Position numbers and translations under genes: made by a program. The notes beneath the pieces are model-generated. The model saw only the letters and a program-made list of their open reading frames with translations. It did not search any database and was not told the DNA's origin. Shown here one piece after another: positions 18,651 to 27,703 of a stretch of DNA of 64,000 bases; within the stretch, counting starts at the first letter, position 1; every line of letters begins with the position of its first letter. The stretch is from Methanobacteriota archaeon. Lineage in GTDB: Archaea > Thermoplasmatota > Poseidoniia > Poseidoniales > Thalassarchaeaceae. The stretch lies in NCBI GenBank assembly GCA_016845365.1, contig JAERST010000011.1:1044-65043 (forward strand), given 5' to 3'.

Positions 18651-18818
18651 CATCACGTAGCCGCGTTTCGGCTGGTTCGGAATCTGCGGAGTGGCGCCGG
18701 ATTGAACGCCATCAGCTTCCTCCATGATGATCGTCAAGAGGGTGTGGACAAGCGTACGCAAGTCCTCAACTTCCCCTTTCAATTCCTCCATCGTGACAAC
18801 TTCGCGAGCCTCTTCCAT
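18648..18818 (-). CDS. Candidate small protein (56 aa), below the ORF-track cutoff
   Basis: My translation: MEEAREVVTMEELKGEVEDLRTLVHTLLTIIMEEADGVQSGATPQIPNQPKRGYVM. The minus strand carries TTTATAGA at 18878-18885, about 64 nt upstream of the ATG. No homology known to me. Confidence 0.3.
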   Translation of the reverse strand: MEEAREVVTMEELKGEVEDLRTLVHTLLTIIMEEADGVQSGATPQIPNQPKRGYVM

Positions 18819-18963
18819 AGTCCCATCCCCATGTGAGAAAACAACTGTTCCTCGGAGAAGGGTTCCACTTTCTAGGGTCTATAAACTCGATAGGTCAGCC
18901 TGTCGGCTGGAGCAGGTTTCGACAAGTCCAGAGGATTTGCCGTTCGTGTTCAGAAAACAGGTT

Positions 18964-21900
18964 TCACTCTTCTTCTGAGTCGTCAGAATCCTCGTCGTCT
19001 TCTGCATCCTCAGAGTCATCCTCGTCAGAGTCGTCCTCGTCCTCGTCCTCGGAGTCATCATCGTACTCCTCATCCTCGGCCTCGTCTTCTCCTGCCTCGT
19101 CCTCGTACTCCTCTGATTCGTCGTCTTCGTATTCGTAATCATACTCCTCCGACTCCTCTTCCTCGTACTCGTACTCTCCTTCTTCCTCGCCTTCGTCCTC
19201 GTACTCCCAAGTCTCCTCGTAATACGAATCATCATCGTCGTCGTAGTAATACTCGTCATCGTCGGATCGCGAGCGGCTTACGAAGAATCCAACCATCGCG
19301 ATTGCGACGATGAATACGCCACCAATAATCAGGTAAGTCATCATGTCGTCAGGACCCGTATCTGGATCGATAGGTGTCTTGACCTGTATCCCAGTAATTG
19401 GATGTGCTGGGTTATCGAAATCATCGTCCATGATGATGTAGAGAACCGGCTGTCCTGGGTCTCCAGCATGCCACTCGAATCGAGCGAATACCGAGGATGA
19501 TTCAGCAGGTAGGTCCAATTCGAGAGTGCTCGATTCGGAGCGCCACTTGCCATCACCAGTCAACTCGTAGAGGTTGATTTCGATGGTTCCCTCGCGCTTT
19601 CCACTATTGCTCCAGAAGGTCTCGATGGTTACCGTCGTGTCCGGGAACGGGTCCTTTGGAGTCACGACTACATTGTCTAGGCTCGGGACGAATTGCATGA
19701 TTCTGAGAGCCACTGGGCGTGGTGATTCGTCACTGCCCAATCCTTGAATCTCGTTGCCTGCCCTGTCGGTTGATGTGACCCAGAAGAGGATTCTATCGCC
19801 ATTCTCGATTTCAAATCCTTCTAGCGCAGGCGTGAAGTCTAACTTGCCTTGGAAAATGTCGCGGCCGTCGTCATCGATCAGCATAGCTAGGCCGCCTGAA
19901 TCTTCCGTACCTGCAACTGGTAGGTTATTCCTCAGGAATACCCAAGCAACCTGCAGGTCCTCGTCTGGCAAACCAATTTCATCGACGATTGTGACTGTTA
20001 CCAAGACCTCTTCGAGCAGGTCCGATTCTAGAACTGTCAGAGATGAGTCTGGATAATTCGTCTGGTCGAAGAGAACGGTTGGCGACTTACTGTCGACGGT
20101 TACCTGCGCATCTTCGTTAACGCCAGTCGTACCTTGTCCGGGGACGTTGAGGACAGACGTCGCCAATCCCATCGTTGGATTCAGTGGAACGCGCATTGGT
20201 AGGGTCATCGAAGCGGCCCAAGTTCCATCTTCGCCAACATCAGCGACGGATTCGATCTGCTGAGTACCGTAGACGATTTGCATTTGCATCTGCAGGTCGT
20301 CTGGAATTTCACTCAGTAGAGCTCCAGAGCCTTCGTAGTAAATCTCTCCGAGCAATTCGAATTCATCGCCCTGCCTTAGGTAGAGGTGAACATCATCGGT
20401 ATCTACAATCGGCGGGGTCAAATCGGCGATGCTTGAAGGAATAGCGACCAATTTATTGTCGAGTTCCCAAGTCAATTCTCCGATATTATTCTGGTAAGCA
20501 ACCTCGGTGATGTCATCGACGATGCTAACACTTGGCTTGCAACCATATTGGCCATCCTCCCAAGGGAATTCCCAAGAGATTTGGAACATCATCGCGACCT
20601 CGGTTACTGCCGCTGTCACTTGATGAGTCTGTACCGACAGCGGTGAAATCATCGAATCGTCGGCAGTCCAAATGTCTCCATTCGATGGATTGTAGGTGAA
20701 CTTACCCAAATTGTCGGTGCGGTCTCCACACAGCATTAGGCTCACGTTGTCCAAAGTGTGGAGGCCGTTAGGCTCGTTGATCTGCATGCGGAAGGTGTGT
20801 GGTACACCTGCTAACAGATATCCAGTATCGCGGTCGAGGTGGAATCCACTTCCGACAATGGTTGTCGGCTCGTCAGTTGCAATAACGATGGATGCCCAAG
20901 CATTTTCTGCGCCGGCAGCTCCACCGGTACCGCCTTCCTGATAGGTTATGCCAGCCCAATCTGTACCTTCGAGGTATACGTGTACCGGGCTGTTGAATGA
21001 TTGACCAGAGACATCGATTCCTGCGAAGTTGACTTGTTGTTCGCCGGTCATTCCAGAACTCAATGGCTGTGTCTGAGAGAGGTACTCCTCTTCATCAGCG
21101 ATGCCATCCGAGTTGAGATCGTCGACATCTGCACGCCAATAATTCAGCGTCAAAGTCTCTCCGCGAGCTTCGCCCTCCTGTACGGTAACGAACATGCTCA
21201 ACGGCACGGTTGGGTCCCAGACCTTACCGTGCGCAGGGGTCAGACCGGTTGGGGTGTTGACCATTATGTCTCCAGCAACCGGCGGGTTGGAATCCTGACG
21301 GATAGTCACAATTGTTCCGGCACCGGATACATCGTCGGCACCGACGGCTCCAGCCAATGGGCCGACGCGGAATAGGTCCGGCGATGCGGTTACATCGCCG
21401 GTTCCAGATGGTGCGGAAACGATTCCGCTGAACGCACCATCGTCGGCTGAATCGAGCAGAATCATGCTTCCAGATAGATTCAGCCTAACTTGGAAGTCGT
21501 CTCCAAGAGGACGATTATCCGATGAATCTTGGAACCGAACGTTTCCTGTGACATTCAGAATGCTACCTTCCATAATCGGGTATGGGTAGAAGGTGGAATA
21601 CTGATTCGAGAGAAGGCGGCCGAATTGGTCACGAACCTCGAATGTGTCCACTTGTAGGTCGTTCTCGACCGCCTTGCGGCCAGACTGTCCACTATTCTCG
21701 ACGGCCGGCCAAACTGTCTCGCCCTCGGCGTCCAAGGCCTTGGCGACCCAGCGAATGCTGTCTACATCGTCCCAATTCCATGAGATGTCGAAGACCCAAT
21801 CTACTGTGATATCCGTGAAGCCATCACTGTGGACGGTTTCGTAAACGCGAGATGCACTCGTATTCAGAGAGACGACACTGTCTCCACGCAATTGAGTGAT

Positions 21901-24900
21901 GTCTACTGAATCAGCCCCCGCTCCCCATAGGCCATCTGCGCCATTGGTCGCGGTGAATTCTATCACTTCGCCATCCGAAGCTTGTCCTCGCAGGGTAATC
22001 TGTGAAAGTTCGGTATTATCGTGCAAATGGTGGTGCTTCGTGGTCACGGTGTATGGTGTACCTCGTGGGTAGAAGGTATTCGGGATGTTGAAGTCACGAT
22101 TGGTGATTATGTAATCGAATTCAAGGTCACCATCGATTGTAATCACTCCAGCATCCGCTGCGATCGTGACTGGGATATTCACTTGTTCAGGCGGAGGGTC
22201 ATCGGTGGTCTGAGCGTCGTGGTAGGCTGCGACCGATGGGCCGAGGCCTGAGACGTTCTCAAAGAGGAGATAGCCGATTCCAAGACGCGACAAACTGACG
22301 GTTTGAGCGTTGTTCGAATCGACGGAAATTGTCACCTCACGCCACTCTCTTCCAGTTTCTGAATCTGTGTGGCTTGTCCCTAATGCGGCGATTGCACCGA
22401 GTTGAGCCAGGTTGAGAGTATTGTAGAATGCGTAATCAGAAGACCCACTGCTCTGCGAGGCTCCGGCAACTGAGACTGTTACAGGTCCAGCGAATCCATC
22501 ATAGGATTGTGAAGCAACGCTGATTATTCCGCCGTAGAGCGATGCGTCAGATGGGATTCTGACGGTGACTGAAGCGGGATTAGTACCGTCGAGTGAGAGC
22601 GTCTCACTCAGCACGTCGGAATCTCCACTGATGAGTGATTGCCAGCCATAATGACCGTAATCATCGCCCATCGGGAATGACCATTCGAGTGAGTCATCGT
22701 CGAGCATGTCAATCGATGGATTCTTTGCGTGTTCTGCGAAGTTTGCGTCGAGCACCATTCGGTCAATCCATCCGTTTGTCGGTAGAGAAATCGATAGGGC
22801 GAAGCCAGTCACTGGATAGGTGAAGGAGACTCCTCCAGAGCCTCCGCTTCCGATTGGATTGCCGTATTCATCGTAGGCCGAGACTGCGATTCCACTGGAT
22901 GTGTTTCCTGAGACACTGATGCCCTTGATCGGTCGTGAAGAGTGGATATAATCGGATGTGATTGTACCCGCGATGCTCGTTGCGTTAAGCAGGCCATCGA
23001 TGACTTCGATGCTAGCGCTCATATCCCAACCATTGCCATCGAAGGCGGCACCCGAGAGGAATCTCTTGCCGCCTATGCTAATCTTGTTAATTCTCGGAGT
23101 AGTCTCCGGATTCTCAGTGTCGAGATGCACGACTACCTTGACGCTAGGGTGCATCTCGGGGTCTACAGCTGCCAATGATAGCGGGAATTCTTGCTCCTCG
23201 ATGCCATTGATTACAGCACCTGTGTCTGCATCAACTAGCGAGCCAACGAGGGTATTGTCTTCGTGAATAACGGCATCGACATCGACCCAACCACGGTTGA
23301 ATATATCTGGGTCGGTCAAGTCAATTTCCGGACTAGTCCACTCACCAGGGTAGGAGTAATTTGGAATGAGGATTCCAAAGTCATCAATGTATCCGCCTTG
23401 GTATCCCCAATTGTAGATTCCACCATCTAGAAGGAAGCGGAATCGAACGGTGTGTCCTGCATAAGCCTCGAGTGAAGCCTTACGGTTCTCGAGGAGATCG
23501 TTGCTACAATCGCCATTGGTCCAAACATCGTTTCCGTAGAGTGAGTTAGCGGAGGACCAAACACCTCCATCATACCAACCTGGAAGGTTCGGATCGAAAT
23601 ATTGCCACGAACCTCCATCGACCTTGATGAATAGGCCTACTGCGCCGTAGTAATAGTAAGTGCAGACCCACTTCTCAAAGGTTAGAGTAGGGGTGCTGTT
23701 CGCTGGCAAATCGTAAGATGGGCTGATGAGATAGGCTTCAGCTCCACTGTTGTATGCCCCGTTCAAGTTGGTTCCGTAGAGGTAAGGGAACGATGGTTCG
23801 TCAGATGGACCTGCACCAGACCCGAGTTGGCCTAGAGTCCACCTATCTCCGTTCGAGCCACCTGATGGATTACGGCTCCAACCATCCGCATCGCTTACTG
23901 TCGGCGCGTTTGCGGTTGAATCTTCGAAACTCATCAGTTCATCGATGACTCCCTTGACCATCGTCGTGTACATCCAATCATTTGCTGCGCCGGTATTAAC
24001 TGAATAATGACTGAAAGTATTCTGGTTACTCAAGGTGTCTTGAGTCAACAGAGTTGTTGAGTTCTTGTAGACTCGGATAGCAGAGAGCGTGACTCCTTCC
24101 TTTGGATCCGCGCTACCGCCATAGTTCACCGAACCATCGGTGTCGACAACCGCTCGGAGTTCGACTGAGTTTTGATTGTAGAAAGTCGACGGGATGTCCA
24201 ATTCGATGGTGACAATCGCTCCGGATTCATCTCCGTATGAGTTGCCGTCTTGGTCTGAGTATCCGTTCTTCGGGATAGCCCCTGAACGGCTTGCACAATC
24301 CGAGGTTGTGGAAGTACTGCTCGAGGATATGTCCGACCACGAATTGTTGTTCAATGACAATTCGAAGCAGGCATTATCGTAAACTGAACCCTCAAGATCC
24401 CACTCTAGGTCAACCTCGATGAATGAGTTTGCATTTGTGCCGGAGAAATCGAAATTGCCTTGCAAGGCACCATATGCATTCGGTGAATAATAACAGGATG
24501 CAGTCGAACCAGACATACAGCCGTGGTGCCAAATACCATCGTTGTGACCATCGTTGAGATACTCCACATTGTCAATATACCAACCTGGTCGTTCCACAGC
24601 GTCAGGATGTGTCCAAATTCGGAAGCGGAATTGGATGCTTTCTGCAAAGTCGACATCATCCAATACCGAGAGGTTGACCTCGGAAGTCACCCACCCGGAG
24701 TGGGTTGGTGAGGCGAAAACAGGTAGGTCTCCTGCAGGAGCACCTTCCGGCGATGGTCCATCACTGGAGAGTGTACTTGGATAACCGCCGTCCGGTGCGA
24801 CCCAGGTCCAATTCGACCAAGAGTTGGTTGAATCGTTCTTCAATCGATATTCGACCCAAGTTCCGTCGCCTTCACCGCTCGCGGTGCTGTCGACGTGGTA

Positions 24901-25854
24901 CCAATGGTCAAAGCTGAGGCGGAAATTGTTGAAATTCAGTGAATTTGGAATCGATTGCGCCGGCATAGTAAGCCAAGCATCAGTGCCGGCGGGAACAGCT
25001 TCTCCCGGCAAGGTGCCAGCAACAACGCTGCCATCCCTTGCGGTGGAAGGTATTGTCCCATGACTCAGTATTCTAGAGGCACCGGCCAAAGTCCCGTCCA
25101 TCTGAGCGGGGAAGGCTGGAGTCCACACGGCAAGACCGTGGCAGATGAATGTGTGATTTTCGTACTCATCGGTATCTAAGGAACGGTCATCGTCCCAGTC
25201 GACTCCGTCTGTGATGTTGTATCCACCATACTCACAGTTCGAACCAGAGGATTCGACTGAGATCGAAAGAAGTGCCAAGTAAGTCACGTTTGAGCCGTTG
25301 TTCGTTGTGTGGACGTCGCAATAGTACAAACTCTCCAAAATTTCGTTATTGTTCAGGGCATTGTTGTAATTATTGTCCATTCCATGATTGAGGATGTAGC
25401 CGCTGCTATTGTCACATCCTGCGGTGCTGGAAGTCGATTGAGAGGCATAGACTCTGGTGTATCCAGGGCCGCTGCGGTAATCGTTGTTGAAGAAAACCGA
25501 GACATCACCCGCCGTGAAGTCGCTAATGTTGGTCTTAGTCTGGTCATCCATCATGATGACGGCTTCCAATTCCTCACTATACTCCAAATCTGAGAAGGTT
25601 CCATTGAGAAGATCTTGCCCTTCCCAAGAGATGGTCGTATCCAACGCCGTAATCAAATCTGAGTTGGTTACGTGCACCCATCCGTCGAGAATAGTTCCGT
25701 TTCCGGGGACACGGAATCCGGTGATTGTCACCTCATCCCCACCGGGGTTGATGGTATTCGTTGTGTTCCAAGAAGCCATCCCTGCACTAGCGAATGGAGC
25801 GAGTATCATTAGCATGACAAGGGCGGTTGCAAGTCTGCGGCGGCTGGCGGGCAT
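18964..25854 (-). CDS. Giant surface protein (2296 aa): signal peptide, large ectodomain, one C-terminal TM helix, 104-aa poly-acidic tail
   Basis: N-terminus MPASRRRLATALVMLMILAPFASAG. At least two jelly-roll-like modules end in GWYIDNVEY and GGYIDDFGI. TM YLIIGGVFIVAIAMVGFFV. Tail SRSRSDDDEYYYDDDDDSYYEE...DSDDSEEE. Confidence 0.85.
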   Translation of the reverse strand: MPASRRRLATALVMLMILAPFASAGMASWNTTNTINPGGDEVTITGFRVPGNGTILDGWVHVTNSDLITALDTTISWEGQDLLNGTFSDLEYSEELEAVIMMDDQTKTNISDFTAGDVSVFFNNDYRSGPGYTRVYASQSTSSTAGCDNSSGYILNHGMDNNYNNALNNNEILESLYYCDVHTTNNGSNVTYLALLSISVESSGSNCEYGGYNITDGVDWDDDRSLDTDEYENHTFICHGLAVWTPAFPAQMDGTLAGASRILSHGTIPSTARDGSVVAGTLPGEAVPAGTDAWLTMPAQSIPNSLNFNNFRLSFDHWYHVDSTASGEGDGTWVEYRLKNDSTNSWSNWTWVAPDGGYPSTLSSDGPSPEGAPAGDLPVFASPTHSGWVTSEVNLSVLDDVDFAESIQFRFRIWTHPDAVERPGWYIDNVEYLNDGHNDGIWHHGCMSGSTASCYYSPNAYGALQGNFDFSGTNANSFIEVDLEWDLEGSVYDNACFELSLNNNSWSDISSSSTSTTSDCASRSGAIPKNGYSDQDGNSYGDESGAIVTIELDIPSTFYNQNSVELRAVVDTDGSVNYGGSADPKEGVTLSAIRVYKNSTTLLTQDTLSNQNTFSHYSVNTGAANDWMYTTMVKGVIDELMSFEDSTANAPTVSDADGWSRNPSGGSNGDRWTLGQLGSGAGPSDEPSFPYLYGTNLNGAYNSGAEAYLISPSYDLPANSTPTLTFEKWVCTYYYYGAVGLFIKVDGGSWQYFDPNLPGWYDGGVWSSANSLYGNDVWTNGDCSNDLLENRKASLEAYAGHTVRFRFLLDGGIYNWGYQGGYIDDFGILIPNYSYPGEWTSPEIDLTDPDIFNRGWVDVDAVIHEDNTLVGSLVDADTGAVINGIEEQEFPLSLAAVDPEMHPSVKVVVHLDTENPETTPRINKISIGGKRFLSGAAFDGNGWDMSASIEVIDGLLNATSIAGTITSDYIHSSRPIKGISVSGNTSSGIAVSAYDEYGNPIGSGGSGGVSFTYPVTGFALSISLPTNGWIDRMVLDANFAEHAKNPSIDMLDDDSLEWSFPMGDDYGHYGWQSLISGDSDVLSETLSLDGTNPASVTVRIPSDASLYGGIISVASQSYDGFAGPVTVSVAGASQSSGSSDYAFYNTLNLAQLGAIAALGTSHTDSETGREWREVTISVDSNNAQTVSLSRLGIGYLLFENVSGLGPSVAAYHDAQTTDDPPPEQVNIPVTIAADAGVITIDGDLEFDYIITNRDFNIPNTFYPRGTPYTVTTKHHHLHDNTELSQITLRGQASDGEVIEFTATNGADGLWGAGADSVDITQLRGDSVVSLNTSASRVYETVHSDGFTDITVDWVFDISWNWDDVDSIRWVAKALDAEGETVWPAVENSGQSGRKAVENDLQVDTFEVRDQFGRLLSNQYSTFYPYPIMEGSILNVTGNVRFQDSSDNRPLGDDFQVRLNLSGSMILLDSADDGAFSGIVSAPSGTGDVTASPDLFRVGPLAGAVGADDVSGAGTIVTIRQDSNPPVAGDIMVNTPTGLTPAHGKVWDPTVPLSMFVTVQEGEARGETLTLNYWRADVDDLNSDGIADEEEYLSQTQPLSSGMTGEQQVNFAGIDVSGQSFNSPVHVYLEGTDWAGITYQEGGTGGAAGAENAWASIVIATDEPTTIVGSGFHLDRDTGYLLAGVPHTFRMQINEPNGLHTLDNVSLMLCGDRTDNLGKFTYNPSNGDIWTADDSMISPLSVQTHQVTAAVTEVAMMFQISWEFPWEDGQYGCKPSVSIVDDITEVAYQNNIGELTWELDNKLVAIPSSIADLTPPIVDTDDVHLYLRQGDEFELLGEIYYEGSGALLSEIPDDLQMQMQIVYGTQQIESVADVGEDGTWAASMTLPMRVPLNPTMGLATSVLNVPGQGTTGVNEDAQVTVDSKSPTVLFDQTNYPDSSLTVLESDLLEEVLVTVTIVDEIGLPDEDLQVAWVFLRNNLPVAGTEDSGGLAMLIDDDGRDIFQGKLDFTPALEGFEIENGDRILFWVTSTDRAGNEIQGLGSDESPRPVALRIMQFVPSLDNVVVTPKDPFPDTTVTIETFWSNSGKREGTIEINLYELTGDGKWRSESSTLELDLPAESSSVFARFEWHAGDPGQPVLYIIMDDDFDNPAHPITGIQVKTPIDPDTGPDDMMTYLIIGGVFIVAIAMVGFFVSRSRSDDDEYYYDDDDDSYYEETWEYEDEGEEEGEYEYEEEESEEYDYEYEDDESEEYEDEAGEDEAEDEEYDDDSEDEDEDDSDEDDSEDAEDDEDSDDSEEE

Positions 25855-25876
25855 GTCTTCTACGTTAGTTGGTGAG

Positions 25877-25883
25877 ATTATAG
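25877..25883 (-). promoter_or_regulatory. TATA-like box for the giant surface-protein gene (probably a leaderless transcript)
   Basis: The minus strand reads CTATAAT, centred about 26 nt upstream of the ATG at 25854. Confidence 0.4.
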
Positions 25884-25930
25884 AACTCGCGGTTCCTGTT
25901 CTACGAACAGGGGATAACTAGTCGAAATCT

Positions 25931-25962
25931 GAAGCGAAAAATCAGCAATTAAATTTCGCTTC
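25931..25962 (-). terminator. Stem-loop with a T-run downstream of tRNA-Thr
   Basis: 9-bp inverted repeat GAAGCGAAA (25931-25939) / TTTCGCTTC (25954-25962). On the minus strand it reads GAAGCGAAA-N14-UUUCGCUUC with a UUUUU run entering the 3' arm, 18 nt after the tRNA 3' end. Confidence 0.4.
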
Positions 25963-25980
25963 GCAAATTGTGCTGAATTA

Positions 25981-26055
25981 TGGAGCCACTGGGGGGAATT
26001 GAACCCCCGACCTTCGCCTTACCAAGGCGACGCTATACCCCTAAGCCACAGTGGC
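25981..26055 (-). tRNA. tRNA-Thr (anticodon GGU), CCA encoded
   Basis: Hand-folded cloverleaf. Acceptor GCCACUG/CAGUGGC is perfect. Anticodon stem UCGCC/GGCGA with loop UUGGUAA. T arm GGGGG-UUCAAUU-CCCCC. Discriminator U plus CCA. 75 nt. Confidence 0.9.
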
Positions 26056-26183
26056 AGCGAGCGCGCCACCTGCGGCAGCGATTTAACGGCTACGGAGCGG
26101 CTGCGGAGAAAGCGCGTCGCTCGCTTCATCGAAGAGAGTCATGCGTCAGACTCAAGGCGGGACCTTAGTTCGCCCGACCACGA

Positions 26184-26269
26184 GCCGAGGTCGCATAGCC
26201 TGGTATTGCGCATGACTGGAAATCATGTGGGTTTTACCCTCGGGAGTTCAAATCTCCCTCTCGGCGCCA
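26184..26269 (+). tRNA. tRNA-Ser (anticodon GGA), long variable arm, CCA encoded
   Basis: Acceptor GCCGAGG/UCUCGGC (one G-U pair). Anticodon stem CAUGA/UCAUG with loop CUGGAAA. Long variable arm UGGGUUUUACCCUC. T arm GGGAG-UUCAAAU-CUCCC. Discriminator G plus CCA. 86 nt. Confidence 0.9.
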
Positions 26270-26287
26270 AAAATCGATGCACAGAGA

Positions 26288-26306
26288 GCCGAGAGGAGAT
26301 TTGAAC
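26288..26306. repeat. Inverted partial copy of the tRNA-Ser 3' end (T-loop to acceptor)
   Basis: GCCGAGAGGAGATTTGAAC is the reverse complement of GTTCAAATCTCC(C)TCTCGGC at 26246-26265, with a single 1-nt deletion. No complementary 5' T-stem or acceptor is present, so it is not a tRNA gene. Confidence 0.85.
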
Positions 26307-26308
26307 CA

Positions 26309-26388
26309 AGTCGAATCTGTTCCAGCGTATTGCTGCGATTCGACTGACGGTTCAGAGATTCGAGTAGGTAGTAATATCACGAATCTCT
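26309..26388. other. Two consecutive perfect 9-bp stem-loops
   Basis: AGTCGAATC (26309-26317) pairs with GATTCGACT (26337-26345). AGAGATTCG (26354-26362) pairs with CGAATCTCT (26380-26388). Confidence 0.8.
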
Positions 26389-26403
26389 GGATCAATAGAA
26401 ATC

Positions 26404-26423
26404 ATCTCCCTCTCGCCGCCAAA
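26404..26423. repeat. Direct partial copy of the tRNA-Ser 3' end
   Basis: ATCTCCCTCTCGCCGCCAAA versus ATCTCCCTCTCGGCGCCAAA at 26252-26271 (19/20 identical). Similarity continues into the 3' flank (AATCG). Confidence 0.85.
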
Positions 26424-26496
26424 CCAATCGTCATTCGGCTGCAGCGCCGGGCATAACCAAGTGGATTTCTTATGCCTGTATTCACGCGCTCGCCTC

Positions 26497-27651
26497 ATGG
26501 AGGACATGGAAGACCGAGCGGCTCCCGACGAGCACGCAGTCCCCGCAACGGTCAGATTGAGTGACATCGACCTCTCCTTCACCCTCGCCGACCGCCACCC
26601 CGCGCTCGCTCGCCTCGATTCCCTCCTCGAAGAATACGTCTTCCACTCGCGCATGATTCTCGAGAGATGGGGTCCGAACGAAGCGCTCATTTTGGGCTTG
26701 GGAACTCTTGCGATTTTGCTTGGCGCATGGGATTTGGGAATCGGCGAAATCGCCTCCGGAGGAGACTATAACCGAGTCGGGCTATTTGGCGAACAAGGCG
26801 GATTTCTGCACGTCGCTGACTTCTCATTGATGCTGGCTCTACTATCCCTAATCGCTTGGCTCGGATTATTCGCAACACTCTGGACTCGCTTCCCATTGAT
26901 GCGTGAGAATCTCGTTTACATGTCGGTTGCCACACTCGCTGTGCAACTCGGATACGTAGCCTCCCACTCCACTGCAACCAACTTTCCCTTAGGCGCGTCA
27001 GGCAGCGACTGGGGCGGCGTTGGAATCGGGAATTTGGTGCTCGTTTTCCTCTCGATGGTAGTAGTTCACAGAGCGGTCATAGAGACTCGTGACATTCACG
27101 TTCAGGAACGCCATGCCCATCCGGACCCTCGGGTTGTTCAGAAGGCATGGCGTGACCACAGTTTGAACGCGTGGAGCATGAGTTTAGGCGCTTGGATGAT
27201 TTTCCTCAACCTATCATCATGGGCTGGCTCCCACGCGGTAGCGCCGAGACCACCAATCGAGACGGATATGACCGCTTTCATCGCCCTCTACGTCTTCTTC
27301 GGAATCCTCTCGGTTGCAATGTGGACTCACGTTTTATGGTATCCTCAATTTATGTTGGGCGCAGCCGGTGACCGTATCCAATCCGTTCGCGCCCGCGAAG
27401 TTGCAGGCGAAGTGGTTCCAGTCAAAAATGACCGCCGCCAAGGATCCTGCCCTATCTGCGGAGTTGAAACGGCTGCCATCCGCCACGAAGATAGCAGCAT
27501 CGAAGTCCCTTGTAACGAATGTGACGGCGGTGGCGCGCCGGGAACCGCATGTAGCGAATGCGAGGCAATTCTCCCGACCCGAATCACCTGTCGTGATTGC
27601 GGGTCGAGCACTACTGTAATCAGCCACTTTACCCGATCTGAGGCGTGGTGA
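26497..27651 (+). CDS. Polytopic membrane protein with C-terminal tandem zinc-ribbon motifs
   Basis: Multiple hydrophobic helices. The C-terminus CPICG...CNECDGGGAPGTACSECE...CRDCG has four CxxC pairs. The first in-frame ATG is at 26497; the ORF-track start at 26461 is GTG. Confidence 0.6.
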   Translation: MEDMEDRAAPDEHAVPATVRLSDIDLSFTLADRHPALARLDSLLEEYVFHSRMILERWGPNEALILGLGTLAILLGAWDLGIGEIASGGDYNRVGLFGEQGGFLHVADFSLMLALLSLIAWLGLFATLWTRFPLMRENLVYMSVATLAVQLGYVASHSTATNFPLGASGSDWGGVGIGNLVLVFLSMVVVHRAVIETRDIHVQERHAHPDPRVVQKAWRDHSLNAWSMSLGAWMIFLNLSSWAGSHAVAPRPPIETDMTAFIALYVFFGILSVAMWTHVLWYPQFMLGAAGDRIQSVRAREVAGEVVPVKNDRRQGSCPICGVETAAIRHEDSSIEVPCNECDGGGAPGTACSECEAILPTRITCRDCGSSTTVISHFTRSEAW

Positions 27652-27703
27652 GAACGAAGCACTGTGGAGTTGTCCACATTTGTAGTGATAGAGGTGCTCT
27701 GCC

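Noticed and set aside
18833-19138. Plus-strand ORF encoding a poly-Ser protein
   Set aside because: It is the mirror image of the GAx/GAC-rich acidic-tail coding sequence of the giant gene on the minus strand, so it is a compositional artefact.
26286-26345. A second, minus-strand tRNA gene or pseudogene using the inverted T-loop/acceptor copy
   Set aside because: The 5' T-stem partner (AGGAG) and the 5' acceptor strand (AGCCGAG) are absent upstream on that strand, so no cloverleaf can be drawn.
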